From Octopus vulgaris (taxonomy: Eukaryota), in contig OX597825.1 in NCBI GenBank assembly GCA_951406725.2, positions 27,466,001 through 27,530,000 of the forward strand: a stretch of 64,000 bases of DNA, given 5' to 3'. The first letter of the stretch is position 1. Each line of letters begins with the position of its first letter. This document shows, piece by piece, positions 28,295 through 42,475 of this stretch. The position numbers and the translations under genes were made by a program. Under the pieces are notes generated by a model. That model ran no database searches. It was not told the DNA's origin and saw only the letters and a list, made by a program, of their open reading frames with translations.

Positions 28295-28298
<4 letters not shown>
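28095..28298 (+). mobile_element. Solo PLE pseudo-LTR (related family) with HHR-like motif at 28153-28187
   Basis: GTTT-CCGACGA-A-GAGC-TCC-GCTC-GAAA-CG-TT-ATAC; downstream TTCCTGAGCG..AATAC..TTCCAC shared with 46245-46290; ends in (TA)n. Confidence 0.7.
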
Positions 28299-28336
<38 letters not shown>

Positions 28337-28454
28337 ACTTATAAACAAGGGCAAATGTTGTTTATGCGTTGTTTATAAATTTAACCTTTAAAGGTATTTT
28401 TTAATATGCTGGCCATTGATAAAATTGTTTCGAAAAATTTTATTCTATATTAGA

Positions 28455-28506
<52 letters not shown>

Positions 28507-30362
28507 TATTTATATATACATATGTAACTCTGTGTGTGAATATTCTATGTGTTTCTCTGTGTGAGATTCTATTAACACACACACACAAACATACAGAGAA
28601 AAACCAATCAGATACACAGATAAAGAGAGAGGGGGAGACAAAGGATGACTTCTTTCAACGTGCTCGCAATGAATTCGATATGTTGCAATATGCAATATAA
28701 ATTTAGTAAATAAGCTTTATGTAAGCTAAGCGAAGAAAGTGTAGCTTGAAATTTACTCACCGTCTTCTTAAGGTCAAAATATTAAACTAATAAAATTCCT
28801 GACGTCTGCTTTCTTACCAAGAACATTGAACTTTGAAATGATTTTCGTCTTAGGCGTCTTATCGTTATATAAAGTTTAATAGCATTCACCTGCACATAAT
28901 AATCGTCAGTAATAGATTGAAAATGTAGTTTTCCGGCTTATAGTTCGTTCTGTTGCTCATATTTGAATATTTAGCTTTATTCTGTACTAAACTACATTTT
29001 ATATTGTAAATTTGGTTACAATTTACCGAGCGTGTATAAAATAATATATATTCGTTTTCTTTTAAACAAAATGATATATCTCGTTTTAATGTTTTGTTTT
29101 AGTGCACACACGATTTTACAAATCTTTTGAGATTTATATTCAACTCGGTTACATGTATCAATATTAAGAATGATAAATACATTTTGTGATTGACAGCTAT
29201 CATGCAGAAAATGCCAGCTTCCAAATCATGGTTAATCTTTAAACCCCAGTTACATTTTACTGCGATTTTTATGCAATAAATACATAACAAAATTCAACGT
29301 GGAAAACTAATTTCAATATACCAAATTTGAAAGTTTTGACATAATTTTAAAATTTCACAGTGAGGCAGCAACAGGAAGACCCTCAAAATTGATAATAATC
29401 AACCATCAATCAATTGTTTCATAGTCGTACATCATCAATCATCTCATCATTCCAATCCTCCACCAATTCCACCAATATTACCACACCATGACACTCAATG
29501 AATTTTATGATTCAACTGTATCACTTGCCAGCATTTGTAAATGCATCGAACGCCACCGTGTATATGTAAATTTATTTGCAATTTAAACGGGAACTGAACA
29601 GGGGACGGGATAGAACATGCATGAAACAGCGTAATGAGAACGAGAACTGGAAATAACAGCCGTGAACTTGGAACCTAACGGATGATCACTTGTAATACTA
29701 AGCATACATATTCATTTAGATCAGCAGTAAACTAAACCCCTCATATTCCATACTTTAACAAAATATTAGATATTATCAAAGCATTAAATAAATTTTCCTC
29801 AATGTAATTAATCCAAACGAGGGGCATTTATCGACATTTATAAGTTTACCCGTCAAGGCAATTTATTTATTTCAGAGACTACCAAACGATAGCTGGGGTC
29901 TCTGTCTATGTCTCTATATCCCTCTCCCTCCCTTCTTCTTTCCCTAACTTTTACTTCTTCCATGGTCTACTAAGTTGAGTGTGTAGAGGCTACATTCTAA
30001 CCTTACCTACAGACGTGTGGCCTGATATTTGACGAAAGGAATTGCCAGCATTGTCGGGAAGATTACCTAGCATAATTCAAAATAGTTAGAGCTAAGAGAA
30101 ATAAGTGAAATGAGAAGATGGAACGATAATGAGTAGTGAAGGGATAACTAAGTAAACAAAAGAAAAGAAATATTTATTAACTTTACCCCTTAGAAAGAGA
30201 ATATAGAAGCTACTAGCAAATATTGGCAACTGTTAAGTAAAGGGGAGATAATCAAGATTTAAGTTTTAATTTCTCGAGTTTATTGACATGTCCCGAACAA
30301 GGACGATTTGATCTTTATTCGAATAGGAAAAGGAGCTACAAACACGATTTGGTCTGTTATTT

Positions 30363-30795
30363 GGATCTTTTCGGTTTGAACGGCAGTTTTTTCTAGCGGT
30401 GTCATATGAAATTGTCACCCATAATTATGACCCTAGTATCGATCTATTGCATTTCAATCTATTTTAGAGTTAGGGTTAGTTAGGGTTAGGGTTAGGGGTG
30501 GAGGGAAGGGTATCTTTTTTTTCTTCACAAATGTAAATAAACCCAATCTGTTTCTTAAACGAGGGACATATTCATACGGCACAGAATGTTGTTTACCTCA
30601 ATGGACGTCAGTGATTGGTTGAAATTGCAGAAATTGAAGAAATAAACAACAAATATCTTACAAATTATAGAATTTTCTCAATAAAGCCAAGAGAAAAAGA
30701 TGTTTTATAAACACATTCTACCAGTATACGAAGTTAAAAAAATTTTAGTTACCTAGAAATTATGTTAAAAACTGCCGTTTAAACAGAAAAGATCC
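30363..30795. mobile_element. Second MITE copy (opposite orientation to 18309-18732)
   Basis: Same TIRs; perfect 8-bp TSD TGTTATTT (30355-30362 / 30796-30803); (TTAGGG)n at ~30468-30498. Confidence 0.9.
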
Positions 30796-31627
30796 TGTTA
30801 TTTCTCAGATGTAGAACATATTTTAATGAAATCTGCAAAATAGTGAAGAAGCATTTAAATAGAGGAAAAGAATTATTAATAAGTTTGTCAGAAATAATTA
30901 GCATAACAAAAAGATCTGTGAAAAATAACATGCTACATGAATATCACATATTTGAAAAATCACGTGTACATGTGACGTACTTAATGCTAGACGCCAGGAA
31001 AAAATTATTTGAGTTACTAGAAACATATTCAGCACTTGGAGAAACAATATACAAATTTATAATATAGCAGGCAATCTTTAGCATTCTCAAATATTAAAAC
31101 GTAAGTTAAAATAGCTTGAAGCTATTAAGAAATAATATTCGGAGTTAATTTACAATTTTATAGACAAGAAGTTTTTATTATTTATGTACGCAAGAAAAAC
31201 TGTGCACATGATTCGTTCTATTAAGTCATATCAATAGTGAACAGCCTAATCACATTTTGAGGTCAGTGGATAGATTCTTTCCAAGCTAGATATATAATGT
31301 ATATATTATACATTTACAATGCAAAGAATTATATTTTTTAAACTCAGATGCGACGAATGAAAATTGAAAACAATATGATGAATGAAATATAAAGATTGAA
31401 ATATATAGTTGATAAATATTTTTCTATGAGATACAATACAACATATTTCTTAACAGACAATACTTATTATTTCTATTTTATTTCCATCCATTGTTAGTTG
31501 TAAATTGAGACACCAGAGCGTGGAAAGAATATACGTATATATATTATACATTTACATTGTCTGTGTGTATGTATCTATGCATGTATGTATTTATCTACTT
31601 ATCTCTGTCTGTCTTTCTCTTCCCTCC

Positions 31628-31668
<41 letters not shown>

Positions 31669-31705
31669 ATACACACATCATTCACACAGACACAAACACA
31701 CGCAA

Positions 31706-31761
<56 letters not shown>

Positions 31762-34700
31762 TCATATATATATATACACATACATACGTATGTATGTATA
31801 TATATGTATATATATATATGTGCGTGTGTGTGTGTTTGTATGTATGTATATATATACCTGCATACATGCATTAATACATGTACACATATGCACATATGTA
31901 TATATCCATATGCATGTATATATGTATGAATGTAAGTATGTATGTATATATTAATATTTATATGTATGTATATATTTATATATATATGAAGCATATTAGC
32001 AAGTCAAGATTTCTTTTCTTTCAGCTGATTAATTGTTTCATTTTATTTCACAGACGAATACAGCCATAAGAGAGAAAGTAAATAGTAGAAATGTAAATTA
32101 GATAAATTAATCTATATTTTGGGTTTGAAGACGATATGAATATGAAAGCGTCAAAAAATTGCATGTTGCCTCATAAAATACAAAGAATTTTATGTATTAA
32201 CATTTTCTTGTCTTTCTTCTTTTCTAATGGAATAATCATTTTCTGACACTAATTTGGAAACACACATTATTCTGTGAATGTTATTATTATAATGGCCTGT
32301 CAACAGACATATTGTATTATGTCTTATGCTTTTAAGACAAATGTGTATGCATAAGTTAAAAACAATGTTTTATGGATTGTCTGATATGCAACCGAGAAAT
32401 GTTATGAGGTTCGAGTTTCCATTTTGAAATATTCTTAGCTGTTGGCTAATGGGAAAATATTGAGGAATTAAGTGTATGTACATGTATGTTTTCCAGTGAA
32501 TCTCTGTACACATGTGTTTGCATGTGCCTAATTCTTGTGTGTATGTGTGTGTACATTCTGTTGGACGAGTGGGCGAAGGAAAGAATTATGTCGGATGTTT
32601 TGGAGCAAAATTTTTGCGCACTTTTTTTGTTTCAGTGTAATTCTTCTATGCAATGCTAATGATAAAAATATTTAACGCAGATTTTTTTTATGGAAATACA
32701 AAAATAAAAGCTATTGTCGGATACTAGAAGATGTATCTGTGTTTATCGGTGATAAGATTTTGAAATAGTACAATGAGAGAAAGAGCAGCTCGGATGGTCC
32801 AACACCAGTGAGAGAAAGAGATGCTGCGGAGGCCTGTATCAACTGCTTATAACAGTGAAGACTTCATTCAAGATAGTTTCTTAACTATATAGGTATCTCT
32901 GGGGTCATTACGCAAGTCATATCGATTCTACTTCATTTGTGAAAAATGTGAATCGATAAAGAATTTCAAAACGGCACCCGAAGGAAACATTTCCAACAAT
33001 AATAGAAAAACTGAATCTGTACTTCATAATTTAACTTATTAAAACTAGCAAATGTTTCCTCAAAACTACCAGCCTTTAATCTCCGAAAAGAAACTACGCA
33101 TTGAGTAATGTATACTTGTATTGCGCCTGAGAAAAAAAAAACGGGTTACTCATAATAGGAGGCATTGTGATCATATTTATTTTCCTTCGGGACAAAACTG
33201 GAACATAAGAATGACTTACATCGTTGGAAGAAAGACTGAAATTTGGTGGGAGGGAATAGTTGAATTTGTCGACATCAGGATTTTCTTTGTAAGGAAAGAA
33301 TTCAAACCAACAATTACACAATTAAAATTGACTTTTCCTAAAACACTGTTCTGGAGCACAGAAAATAGGTGAGAGATACATGTATGCATTTATCATCCTG
33401 CTCAGATTAATCTAGAATGGAATAAATTATTGCCCTACTATGAAAAACGCGTTGAACTGTATTTATGAAATTTGGCACGTGTAGAAAATCCTTCTATTAA
33501 TATGAATGCGGACATGATGTCAGGTGCCTCATAAGGTTGGTTAATGAAAGATTCTTGTTCATATTGTAGTCAGTGATTATGTAAGATATTCCCCGTATTC
33601 GAGAATGTAACAGTCATAATGATCACGTGTAAACAAAGTTGACAAGGTTGTATGTACCTTGATTCCGTTGTTTTATGTACTTCAGTCGTCGAAAACCGAT
33701 ATATTCGCAGCTTCGCATAGCCTCCGCATACGCAACTTAGTGAATCATCGCGGAGAAAATAGCTGTAAAGAGAGAGAGAGAGAGAGAGAAAGAGAGATAT
33801 TACTCCCATCGATCGACTAGTACTCACTTTCCGACGCGTGACCGAAATCATATTAAATTAATTGTTCTGAACCAAACCACAATGTATATACAGCTCAGAA
33901 ATATTAACGACCAAATTTTGATTGTCTGTGCTCGAAAATCCAAAACAATGAGTCACATATTTTCCAGAATAATTTTCATAAATTTTTTCAACTTCCAAGT
34001 GTCGCTCTTAAATTATCATTTTAAATCAGTGGTTATATTTCCGTTGCATTGAAAAATTTCCTGCATACAGTAGATTTTAAGAACATTAGTTAAGAAAGAG
34101 TAGCTGCCAGAAAAATGAATTTCGAGTTCTGATGTCATGTGAAAAATCTCAAATTAGTTTTTCTGTTGAAATTTGAGAGTTTGACAATCGAAATGCTTCA
34201 AGTGCCGAAGCAGCTATGGCTTAAATTTTGATTTTGTTCTTTCGGGAATGCAAACAAAATGGAAAATCTCTTATGAGCACTGCAAATACAACACTCTACA
34301 TCATCGTCAACATCATCACCCACATCAGCATCATCATTATCATCATAACAACAACGGATTCTTCAATAACAACATCATTAATGTGGAATAACGACAGAAA
34401 GAAATATAAGGCTGCTGCTACATATTATTTAGGTTCGCTAATGTATAGATTCCGGAGGTTTCTGTTGAGTGGATGTCGCAGAAGAACGAAAAGCTGCAGC
34501 AAAGCGATATAAGAGGTTGACTAGTCCACAATCAAGTCAATTACTAAAGTAAGAACTATAATAGTGAATCAATAAGAGATAATCTACGCGGTTTCTGTCT
34601 CTACTAGAAATTGCGGGCAAGTTTCAACTAATATGCATTAATAATAAATTACTTTTAAATATGACTGGTCGGATGGTGAGTGTAATAGGTGTGAATTCTT

Positions 34701-36174
34701 ACAAAACATAGAACATCGACCTGTCCTGTCATAGAAAATCAGAAGAAAACTATCAACAACGGAAAACATTACACAAGGATGACCTTAAGAATAAGCAAAG
34801 GGCTTTTTTTAAGTAAGATTTTACATGAAAATAACATCGTAGGAATTTACTTTATGATTGCTAATTTACGCAGTCAAAGATTTCAATACTACCTTGGTAT
34901 ATTTGCTAGCGCGGCATACACCTTATAGAAGGCGCAGCATTCGAATCTAACAGGCAATGTTACAGCTTTATTCCATCTTCTGTATGAAGATATGTGGCTG
35001 AGTGGTTAGAGTGTTGTACTCATGATCTTAAAAATCATAGTTTCCTGGACTAGGCGGAGTGATGTGCACTTGAGGAAAATCTTAATTTCTCGTTACTCCA
35101 GTTTGCTCAACTGTAAAATGAGTTCCAGCAATAACCGAGAATTTAACTCCATGACAGACTGCAATCTTGTTCCAGGGCTTGGCGAGCAATCTCAGTCTGT
35201 TGCACGCTATGGGATTTGGGTTCAGAGTTTCTAGTAGTTCTGACAGGACTAAAACTTCAGAATATGAACATGGAGTGATATATAAAAATTATAAAATATT
35301 ATGAAAACACATCTTACTTCTCTAGGAGAACTTTCAAAATTTGAAAGATAAGCATTGACTTCTATAGAGATTCATTCATGACGAGTTGTTTAGATTTTTG
35401 ATTACATTGCAATAGTATTTCTCTTGTCATTAATCTAAGGTATTTCTGAAGTAGTAAAAACCTAAGAGTATTCTATTTTAACATGAGCGTTTATGGATCC
35501 TGCAGGGATCTGCAGCACTTATTATAAAGTGACAGATATAGATGTGGCACTCGTGAGTGTAAGCACATTTTCTTAATTATATATGAGGTAAAAATATTTA
35601 CTAGATGACAAATGATATATATCCTGTTAGAATGTCATGGCCGTCATATATTGCAAATGGGCGGTGATGAAATTACAGTTGATATATTTTACTCGAATGA
35701 GTCATTTTGATATATGTGGATTAGAAAATGTTTTGCGCGTTTCCTCCAAGTTGGACTGTGGTAATCACTATCGCAGGTCGTGGATTCGATTTCTGGACCG
35801 CAAAACGTGATGTATTTATGAAGAATGCACAATATTTCACATCACTTCGAACAACTCAGCCGACAAATGAATACTAGACATGTGCTGGGAGCGCTTTCTA
35901 TCCCTTCCGCTGCTGGGGTGAGCATATGAGGGTCGAAAGGATGAGTGAACAATGATTAACTGATATTTTCATATCTGGAGACTTAATGAGAACCTTCCCA
36001 TGGCTTAGTGATAGTAGGGACTAATCTTTCATCATAGAACCACATTGAAACGTGATGATAGAGGAGAGAGAGATAGAGGGAGAGAGAGAGCAGTTGAGAG
36101 AAGTAAAGAGAGTGAGACTGAGAAAAAAAGAGATACAGAGAGAGTATGGTGGGAGAAATTTGTGTAAACATCCC

Positions 36175-37547
36175 TTCGGTTAACGTATAAGCTCTAACAG
36201 TAAAATATGTGGCAGGACTGCGCAAATAAAGTTTCATGGACATTAAGAAATTGAACTGTGTAGGCTGGATATTATTTTGAATGACGTATTTAAAGGGTCA
36301 ACGTTTTTTAAATTTTGTTATTTATTGCGTTTTTAAATTTTGGAATCTATTTTCTTCGAGAATTCTATTTTTGAATCATTTTTGAATCTATTATTTTTCC
36401 TAGTTAATTTTAGTTAATTTTTGTTTATTTTCAGATCATTAAAACGTAATGTCAAGTTAAGAAAAACGTGCATTTCCGACATCTCCTTTTTTTTTTCTTA
36501 GCTTTTAAATGTTCTAAGGCAGCAAAGGCTGCTCGCGACATTTGAGCTGTGTATGGAGAGGGTGCCATGGTTGAAAGAACCGCTCGTCATTGGTATTCCA
36601 AGTTCAAAAATAGAAATTTTGACCTCAAAGACGCACCTCGTTCTTACCATCGAGTTGAGTTCGATGAAGAGCAATTAAACCATATTTTGCACGAAAAATT
36701 CTCGTTAAACGACAAGGGAACTGGCAGGGAAAATGGAATGCTCCCACACTGCTATTGAGAAGCATTTTCACTCGATGGGAAAGGTTCAGAATTATGGAGC
36801 CGCCGTTTCGCATGTTTTAAGTGACAACAACAAAAATCAACGGGACACAATCTCCGCTGGTTTGCTTGCTCGTCACTGCTCATCACATGGACACAAGCAA
36901 CGATTTCTTTACCGAATCGTTACTGGCGACGAAAAATGATGCCTGTAAATCAATATAGAGCGGCGTAAGGAATGACTTAGCCTCGGTAAACAAGCGAGAC
37001 CGCGCGTGAAACAAGATCATCATTCGCGTAAAACGATGTTGTGCGTATCGTGTGGCTGGGAAGGGATTATCCATTACGAATTGCTTGAACGGAACCAAAC
37101 GGTCAACGCGGAACTCTATGTTAAATAGATGAAACGACTCAACACGGCTATTCAAGGGAAAAGACCTCATCGGCAGCATAACGCCCTCCCTCATGTCGGC
37201 AATATGACTAAGGAAGCCATTCAAACGCATGGCTGGGAAGTGCTGCCACACCCGCCGTACTCTCTTGATTTGGCACCAACGGATTTCCACCTCTTTCGAT
37301 CTTTTTCAAATGCTATGCGCAGACTTTCGTGCAATACTGATGCACAATTGAGAGCTTGGTTGGATCAATTTTTCCAGTGGAAATCGAATGATTTCTAACA
37401 ACGAGGTATTGAAAATCTTGTTGAACATTGAGAAGTTGTAAACAAGGGTGAATACATTATTGATTAATTAGTTGTTATTTTTTATTAATCCTTTTTTAAA
37501 ATTTTAAATTTAAAAAAAACTGCCGGAACTTAGCTGTCAACCCAATA
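36175..37547 (+). mobile_element. Mariner (DD34D) transposon relic, transposase pseudogene ~36448-37467
   Basis: VYGEGA..ERTARHWYSKFK, RIVTGDEK, GIIHYELL, WEVLPHPPYSLDLAPTDFHLF, KGEYIID; right TIR ...CTTAGCTGTCAACCCAATA; left boundary uncertain; frameshifts and stops. Confidence 0.9.
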
Positions 37548-37659
37548 CATAGGCAGGCGTTGAAATCACACAGTATATAATATAACTAAGCATTGCAACG
37601 TATTTTATGCCGCACCCTTATCTCCCTCCGTCAAGTTATAGCCGTACTAAGAGCAACAA

Positions 37660-37709
37660 TGGCAGCAGTGGTATCATCAACATCAGCATCAGTAGTAGTG
37701 GCAGTAGGT

Positions 37710-37743
<34 letters not shown>

Positions 37744-37762
37744 TAGCAGCAGCAGCAGCAAC
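37660..37762. repeat. Compound (CAG)n/(TAG)n microsatellite
   Basis: Directly visible. Confidence 0.9.
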
Positions 37763-38117
37763 ATATATACACTATTATACAAACAAGGTATATGCAGCGT
37801 GGTTCATTGCCTAACAGCAATGCATTCAATGGATCTCGACCATGTGGTGAATGACATCGACTCAGTGAATTATATGTCTCCCATTTGACTTGATAGGAAT
37901 AATAGCTAAGACTTCTTCGTTAATACTAATATTTTCAAAGAGAGATCCTCTCAGTACAGACTGTCTGAAGGAAAATAGAAAGGACACGCACAAGTGGAAT
38001 ACTTATTTAATGCATATCTCCTACGAATAAATAACATACTTCCCACACCGGTTTGCTTTTATTTAAGTCAGTTACCTTAATTATCGGAACATACATGTCC
38101 TGATTACAATATTAATT

Positions 38118-38735
38118 AGGCCGCAAGCTGGCAGAATTGATAAGTCACCGTAGAAAATGTTTAGCAGGGTTCTTTCGTCTTTTCGTTCTGCTTCAAATGC
38201 CACCGAGGTCGACTTAGCGTTTCATCTTTCAGAGTCGATAAAATAAGTGCCATTTGAGCATCGGGTCGATGAAATCGACTTAATCTCTTTTTCAGAACTG
38301 CTGGCCTTGTAACAAAATTTTGAAATCAATATTAACTAGTTGGCAAGTTGGAAGTATCGTTAGTACACCGTCCAAAATGCTTAGCAGCATTTCATCCATT
38401 TTCAGGTTCAAATTCCGCCGAAGTTGACTTTGCCTTTTGTCTTTTCGTAGTCGAAAAAATGAGTACCAGTAGCGTACTGGGATCGATGCAATCACCTTAG
38501 CCTCTCCCCGTAATTGCTGGCCTTGTGCCAAAATTTGAAATCATTATTAATCAGGTGAGGGCCAAAATGCTTAGCGGCATTTAGTCTGACTTTCCGTTCT
38601 AACTTCAAATGTTAGATCCTGTCTTTCATCCATTTGCAGGTGATAGAATAAACGTCATTTTAACACTTGGGGCGATGTAATCGACCAGACCAATACTCAT
38701 CCAACAATTTCAGACCTTGTGCCTTTAGCAAAAAG
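38118..38735 (+). mobile_element. Three tandem diverged SINE family B copies
   Basis: Three repeats of TTCAAAT..TTTCATC..GATAAAATAAG..GATG(T)AATCG..GGCCTTGT at ~38118, 38340 and 38560. Confidence 0.7.
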
Positions 38736-39017
38736 CATGATGACACTCATTAGTTATCAGAACCGTTTAGTAATTAATCATGCAAAATACAGCTGTGTAA
38801 CATAATTATTTAAAGCTAATTATGTATTACGATAATTAATTGCCATAATGTTCTTCTCAAGAGCAGGCATATTTCTATTCTGCTTATTTACAATTTGGTG
38901 GATTACATATTCCAAATGGAAGAGATGTTCTAGAACGATTTTGCAGATTCTCTCAACCATTGAGACATGATTTTCAGTTATATTTTATTACATTTCGTTA
39001 TTTCAAATTTTTGAGCA

Positions 39018-39924
39018 TGCATAGTCTGATCAATAAGTATAAGGACTGTTGTCATAGTAACGAAGCTAAATCACGCAAGATAGAGCCACGTGGGACACAT
39101 TGACTATGAATAAAACTGTTCATTGACACTAAGTTTTAGCGTTCTAGAACACTTCTGATGCTTACAGCAGTGCTTGGAAGGAAGGTGTGAAGCGTGTGAT
39201 CATCGCATTGAGCATGACAGCAAAAGATATGCTGGAAATGTGCATCAAATATTGCCAAAAGCTTGGCTATACGTGCCTAGAGGCTTACGCAAAGTTTTTC
39301 AAAAAGTTTTCATCGTTCTCGACGCAATCAAGGATATCGTGTGCAACTGAAACCCGGGTGTCTTTTTGGTTAGCTGAAAGTTGTTTTGCCACAAACTTGG
39401 CAGACACGCGCCTCATAACGAAAGTGATAAGGGAAATGGAGTGAACTGAACCGTAACTAATCTGCACATCCTCTCATAACTCACGGACGGTGATTCGGCT
39501 ATTTCCTTCCCCCCATCCACAGCTGGACGCACATCTGCGGTGTTTCTCACGGTTCTGCTGGTTGCCTGTCTCCCAGAAGGTTCGTCAATATTGACATTTC
39601 TCAGCCATCTTGGAAACGTCTGAACCACTCATACCCTTGTGTGCGGCTCATACATTCCTCTCCATACTGTTTCTCCGACTTTCCACAGGCTTCTGAGCAG
39701 GTAACGCCATCGTAGCTTTCTCTGTATTGGTCAATGCGACGATCACACATTATACAGCTTCTTTCCGAGCAGTGGTGTAAACAGCGGACGTAAGTTAGAA
39801 CGTTAAAACTTAGTGCACATGCACCGCAAAGTTTCAGGTCAATCTGTGTCAAGCAGCTTTACTCCACATGCTTCAGCTTTGTTACTATAGCAACAGTTCG
39901 AATACTTATTAATCAAACCTCGTA
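39018..39924. mobile_element. Non-autonomous mariner derivative built from two inverted 5' ends
   Basis: Diverged ~250-bp inverted arms (..GATCAATAAGTAT..ACTGTTG.CATAGTAAC); minus strand encodes YGEECMSRTQGYEWFRRFQDG and MRRVSAKFVAKQLS (mariner HTH region). Confidence 0.75.
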
Positions 39925-40269
39925 AAGGTGAGTGAATTCACTAGAGTGCTTCTCTCAATATGTTGTGAGTACTTAAGTGTATGAGCAGTAAATAGTATTG
40001 TAAAGGAAGCAAAACATCATACAAGAGATAAACTCTCGATGAATTATTTTGTCTAAAGAAATTTAAGTTTGTGCAACCGTTACATGTCATGCGTTTGTTC
40101 GTTCTAGGAAATGTTACTGCGTGTTAAAGTGTTGCGCTTTTATAAGAGCTTTACATGCGTCTTGTTAATGGATCATCCGTGGTGGAGATATAGGAATTTG
40201 AGATCGATTCCCTGTGACAACTACTTTCTATTAACATATGCGTGTATGCAAATATATACTTATATACAG

Positions 40270-40300
<31 letters not shown>

Positions 40301-40430
40301 TGTATACATATATATCTATATGTGTGTGTGTACACATATGTCTATACATATATATATATGTATATATGTATATGTATATCATATATATATATATATAATA
40401 CACACACATATATATATGTAAGTGTATGTG

Positions 40431-40530
<100 letters not shown>

Positions 40531-40532
40531 TA

Positions 40533-42071
40533 CAGGTCTTGGACAAAATAATGCAAACACCTGGCATCATAGCATCATAATTATGAAATATCTATAAAAC
40601 CGTCAAAAGCTCTTTTTAATGTCTTTTTGATATATTATTGGTGTTGCTTAATATGTTTTGCTAACTTGCTGTTTCGTTTCAGATATCATGAGAAAAAAGT
40701 AATTAAAATTCATTAAAATGACAGATCTATCGGATCTTCAAAGAGGTCAAATTGTTGGTGCTCGAATGGCAGGCGCTAGCATAATGAAAACAGCCGAAAT
40801 GTTTTGTGTATCAAGAAGTACAGTCTCTTGGCTGTGTGGTAAGAAGCTTGATTCCCGCGCATGCATGTGTCAGTGTTTACTTTACACTCAGAGGAGTCAC
40901 GACGCTGGTGTGCAGTAAATTATGAGCTTTATAACCTCAATTTGTTAGAAAAGAAAAGAACAGTGATTTCGGGAAGCAGCGATCGGCGCGTGTCGCTTGC
41001 ATTCCCTCACCAATTTCATTATTTGCTTTGTCATTCATTCCTCTTCTGTATTGTCCAGCCCGCAGCTGCTTCTATGTAATGCCTCAATGGTCAATTCAAT
41101 GAAATAAAGAAGTACTGTCTCGAAATTAATGACAGCCTTTCAATTAGAGGGAAAAACCTCCTCATCGAAGCAAAACGCCGGAAGAAAACAAACATTTACG
41201 CGAATTGTTAGAAAGGGTCAGAAAAGTACAGCTCCCAAAGTTACTGCAGAGCTTAATGGCCACCTCGAGAACCCCGTTTCTATAAAAACTGTTCACTGTC
41301 AGCTGCAGAAAGCCGGATTTTATGGGAGACTGCAATCAGAAAACCACTACTTTCAAAAACAAATGTTGCAAAGCGTTTAGAGTGGAGTATAAGCCTACAG
41401 AATTGGTCCCTAAACCAGCGAAAGAATGTTATTTTCTCGGATGACTAACCCTTTACCTTCTTTCCGACCACCAGTCGAGTATATATGTGGAGACAGCCAA
41501 AAGAAGCATTTGATCCAGACTGCCTTCTTTCAACTGTTAAATGGAGGGGCATGTGTGATTATCTGGTGGGGTCTATATCTTGGAAATCCGCCGGCCAAAT
41601 GGTGTCCCGTTATGGCAGAATGAATATTCAAGATTATTTAAGCATTTTATCTGATCCAATTCATATTTGCGGAACTATGTTTGCGGAACTATTTCCAGAG
41701 GGAAACGCAATCTCTCAGGATGATAATGCACCAATTCACACAGCTAAAGTTGGTATTGAAAGGCATGAGGAAAATTCTAGTGAAGTCGAACAACTTATCT
41801 AGCCCCCAGATCTCAATATTATTGAACATTTATGGCGCATTTTAGAAACACAAGTAAGGGGTTGATATCCTCCACCATCATCCCTACAAGAACTGGATAC
41901 TGTTCTCGTAGAAGAATAGGCAAAAAATTCTTTGGAAACAATTCAAACTTTGTACGAGTCCATACCTCGTAGAATTCAAGCTGTAATTACTGCGAAAGGT
42001 CGTCCTAACCCAATATTAAAATAATTTTGTTTGAAATTTTAAGGTTTTTCCATTATTTTGTCCAGCCCCTG
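40533..42071 (+). mobile_element. Tc1-like (DD34E) transposon relic with TIRs and TA TSD
   Basis: TIRs CAGG.CT.GGACAAAATAATG.AAAC.CCT; MTDLSDLQRGQIVGARMAG, VIFSD, QDDNAPIH, PDLNIIEHLW motifs; disrupted frame. Confidence 0.92.
40828..41106 (+). mobile_element. ~280-bp retro-insertion inside the Tc1 transposase
   Basis: 15-bp TSD AAGAAGTAC(A/T)GTCTC at 40813-40827 and 41107-41121; starts with the SINE-A-like A box TGGCTGTGTGGTAAG. Confidence 0.8.
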
Positions 42072-42109
42072 TACATATATATATTATTAGCTTTTTTTAT
42101 TAGGTTTAT

Positions 42110-42262
42110 TTTTAACAAAACTGTCCGACAAACTGGAACGTGAAACTCTGAGTAACAGCTTTTGTTATATTTCTGCTGCTTTTAAGTAAAGCCTATTACT
42201 CTACCTCTGGTATTTGAGTACTCTTTTTTCCACCTTGTTTCACTTTTATGTGCTTACTCCGC
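42110..42262 (+). mobile_element. Solo PLE-type pseudo-LTR with HHR-like motif at 42121-42158
   Basis: CTGT-CCGACAA-ACTGGAACGT-GAAA-CTCTGAG-TA-ACAG; homologous to 24588-24728; ends in (TA)n. Confidence 0.65.
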
Positions 42263-42298
<36 letters not shown>

Positions 42299-42402
42299 CA
42301 TATATATTGGTGAAAACGGTAAGATAACAAAGAAACAAAGATACCTCAATATTATGTAAATAGAGGAAATATACATACATATGCAAATATATACTTATAT
42401 AC

Positions 42403-42475
<73 letters not shown>

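Noticed and set aside
33121-33372. 83-aa ORF ending at an AG|GTGAGA donor-like site
   Set aside because: No recognisable domain or acceptor; at most a UTR exon
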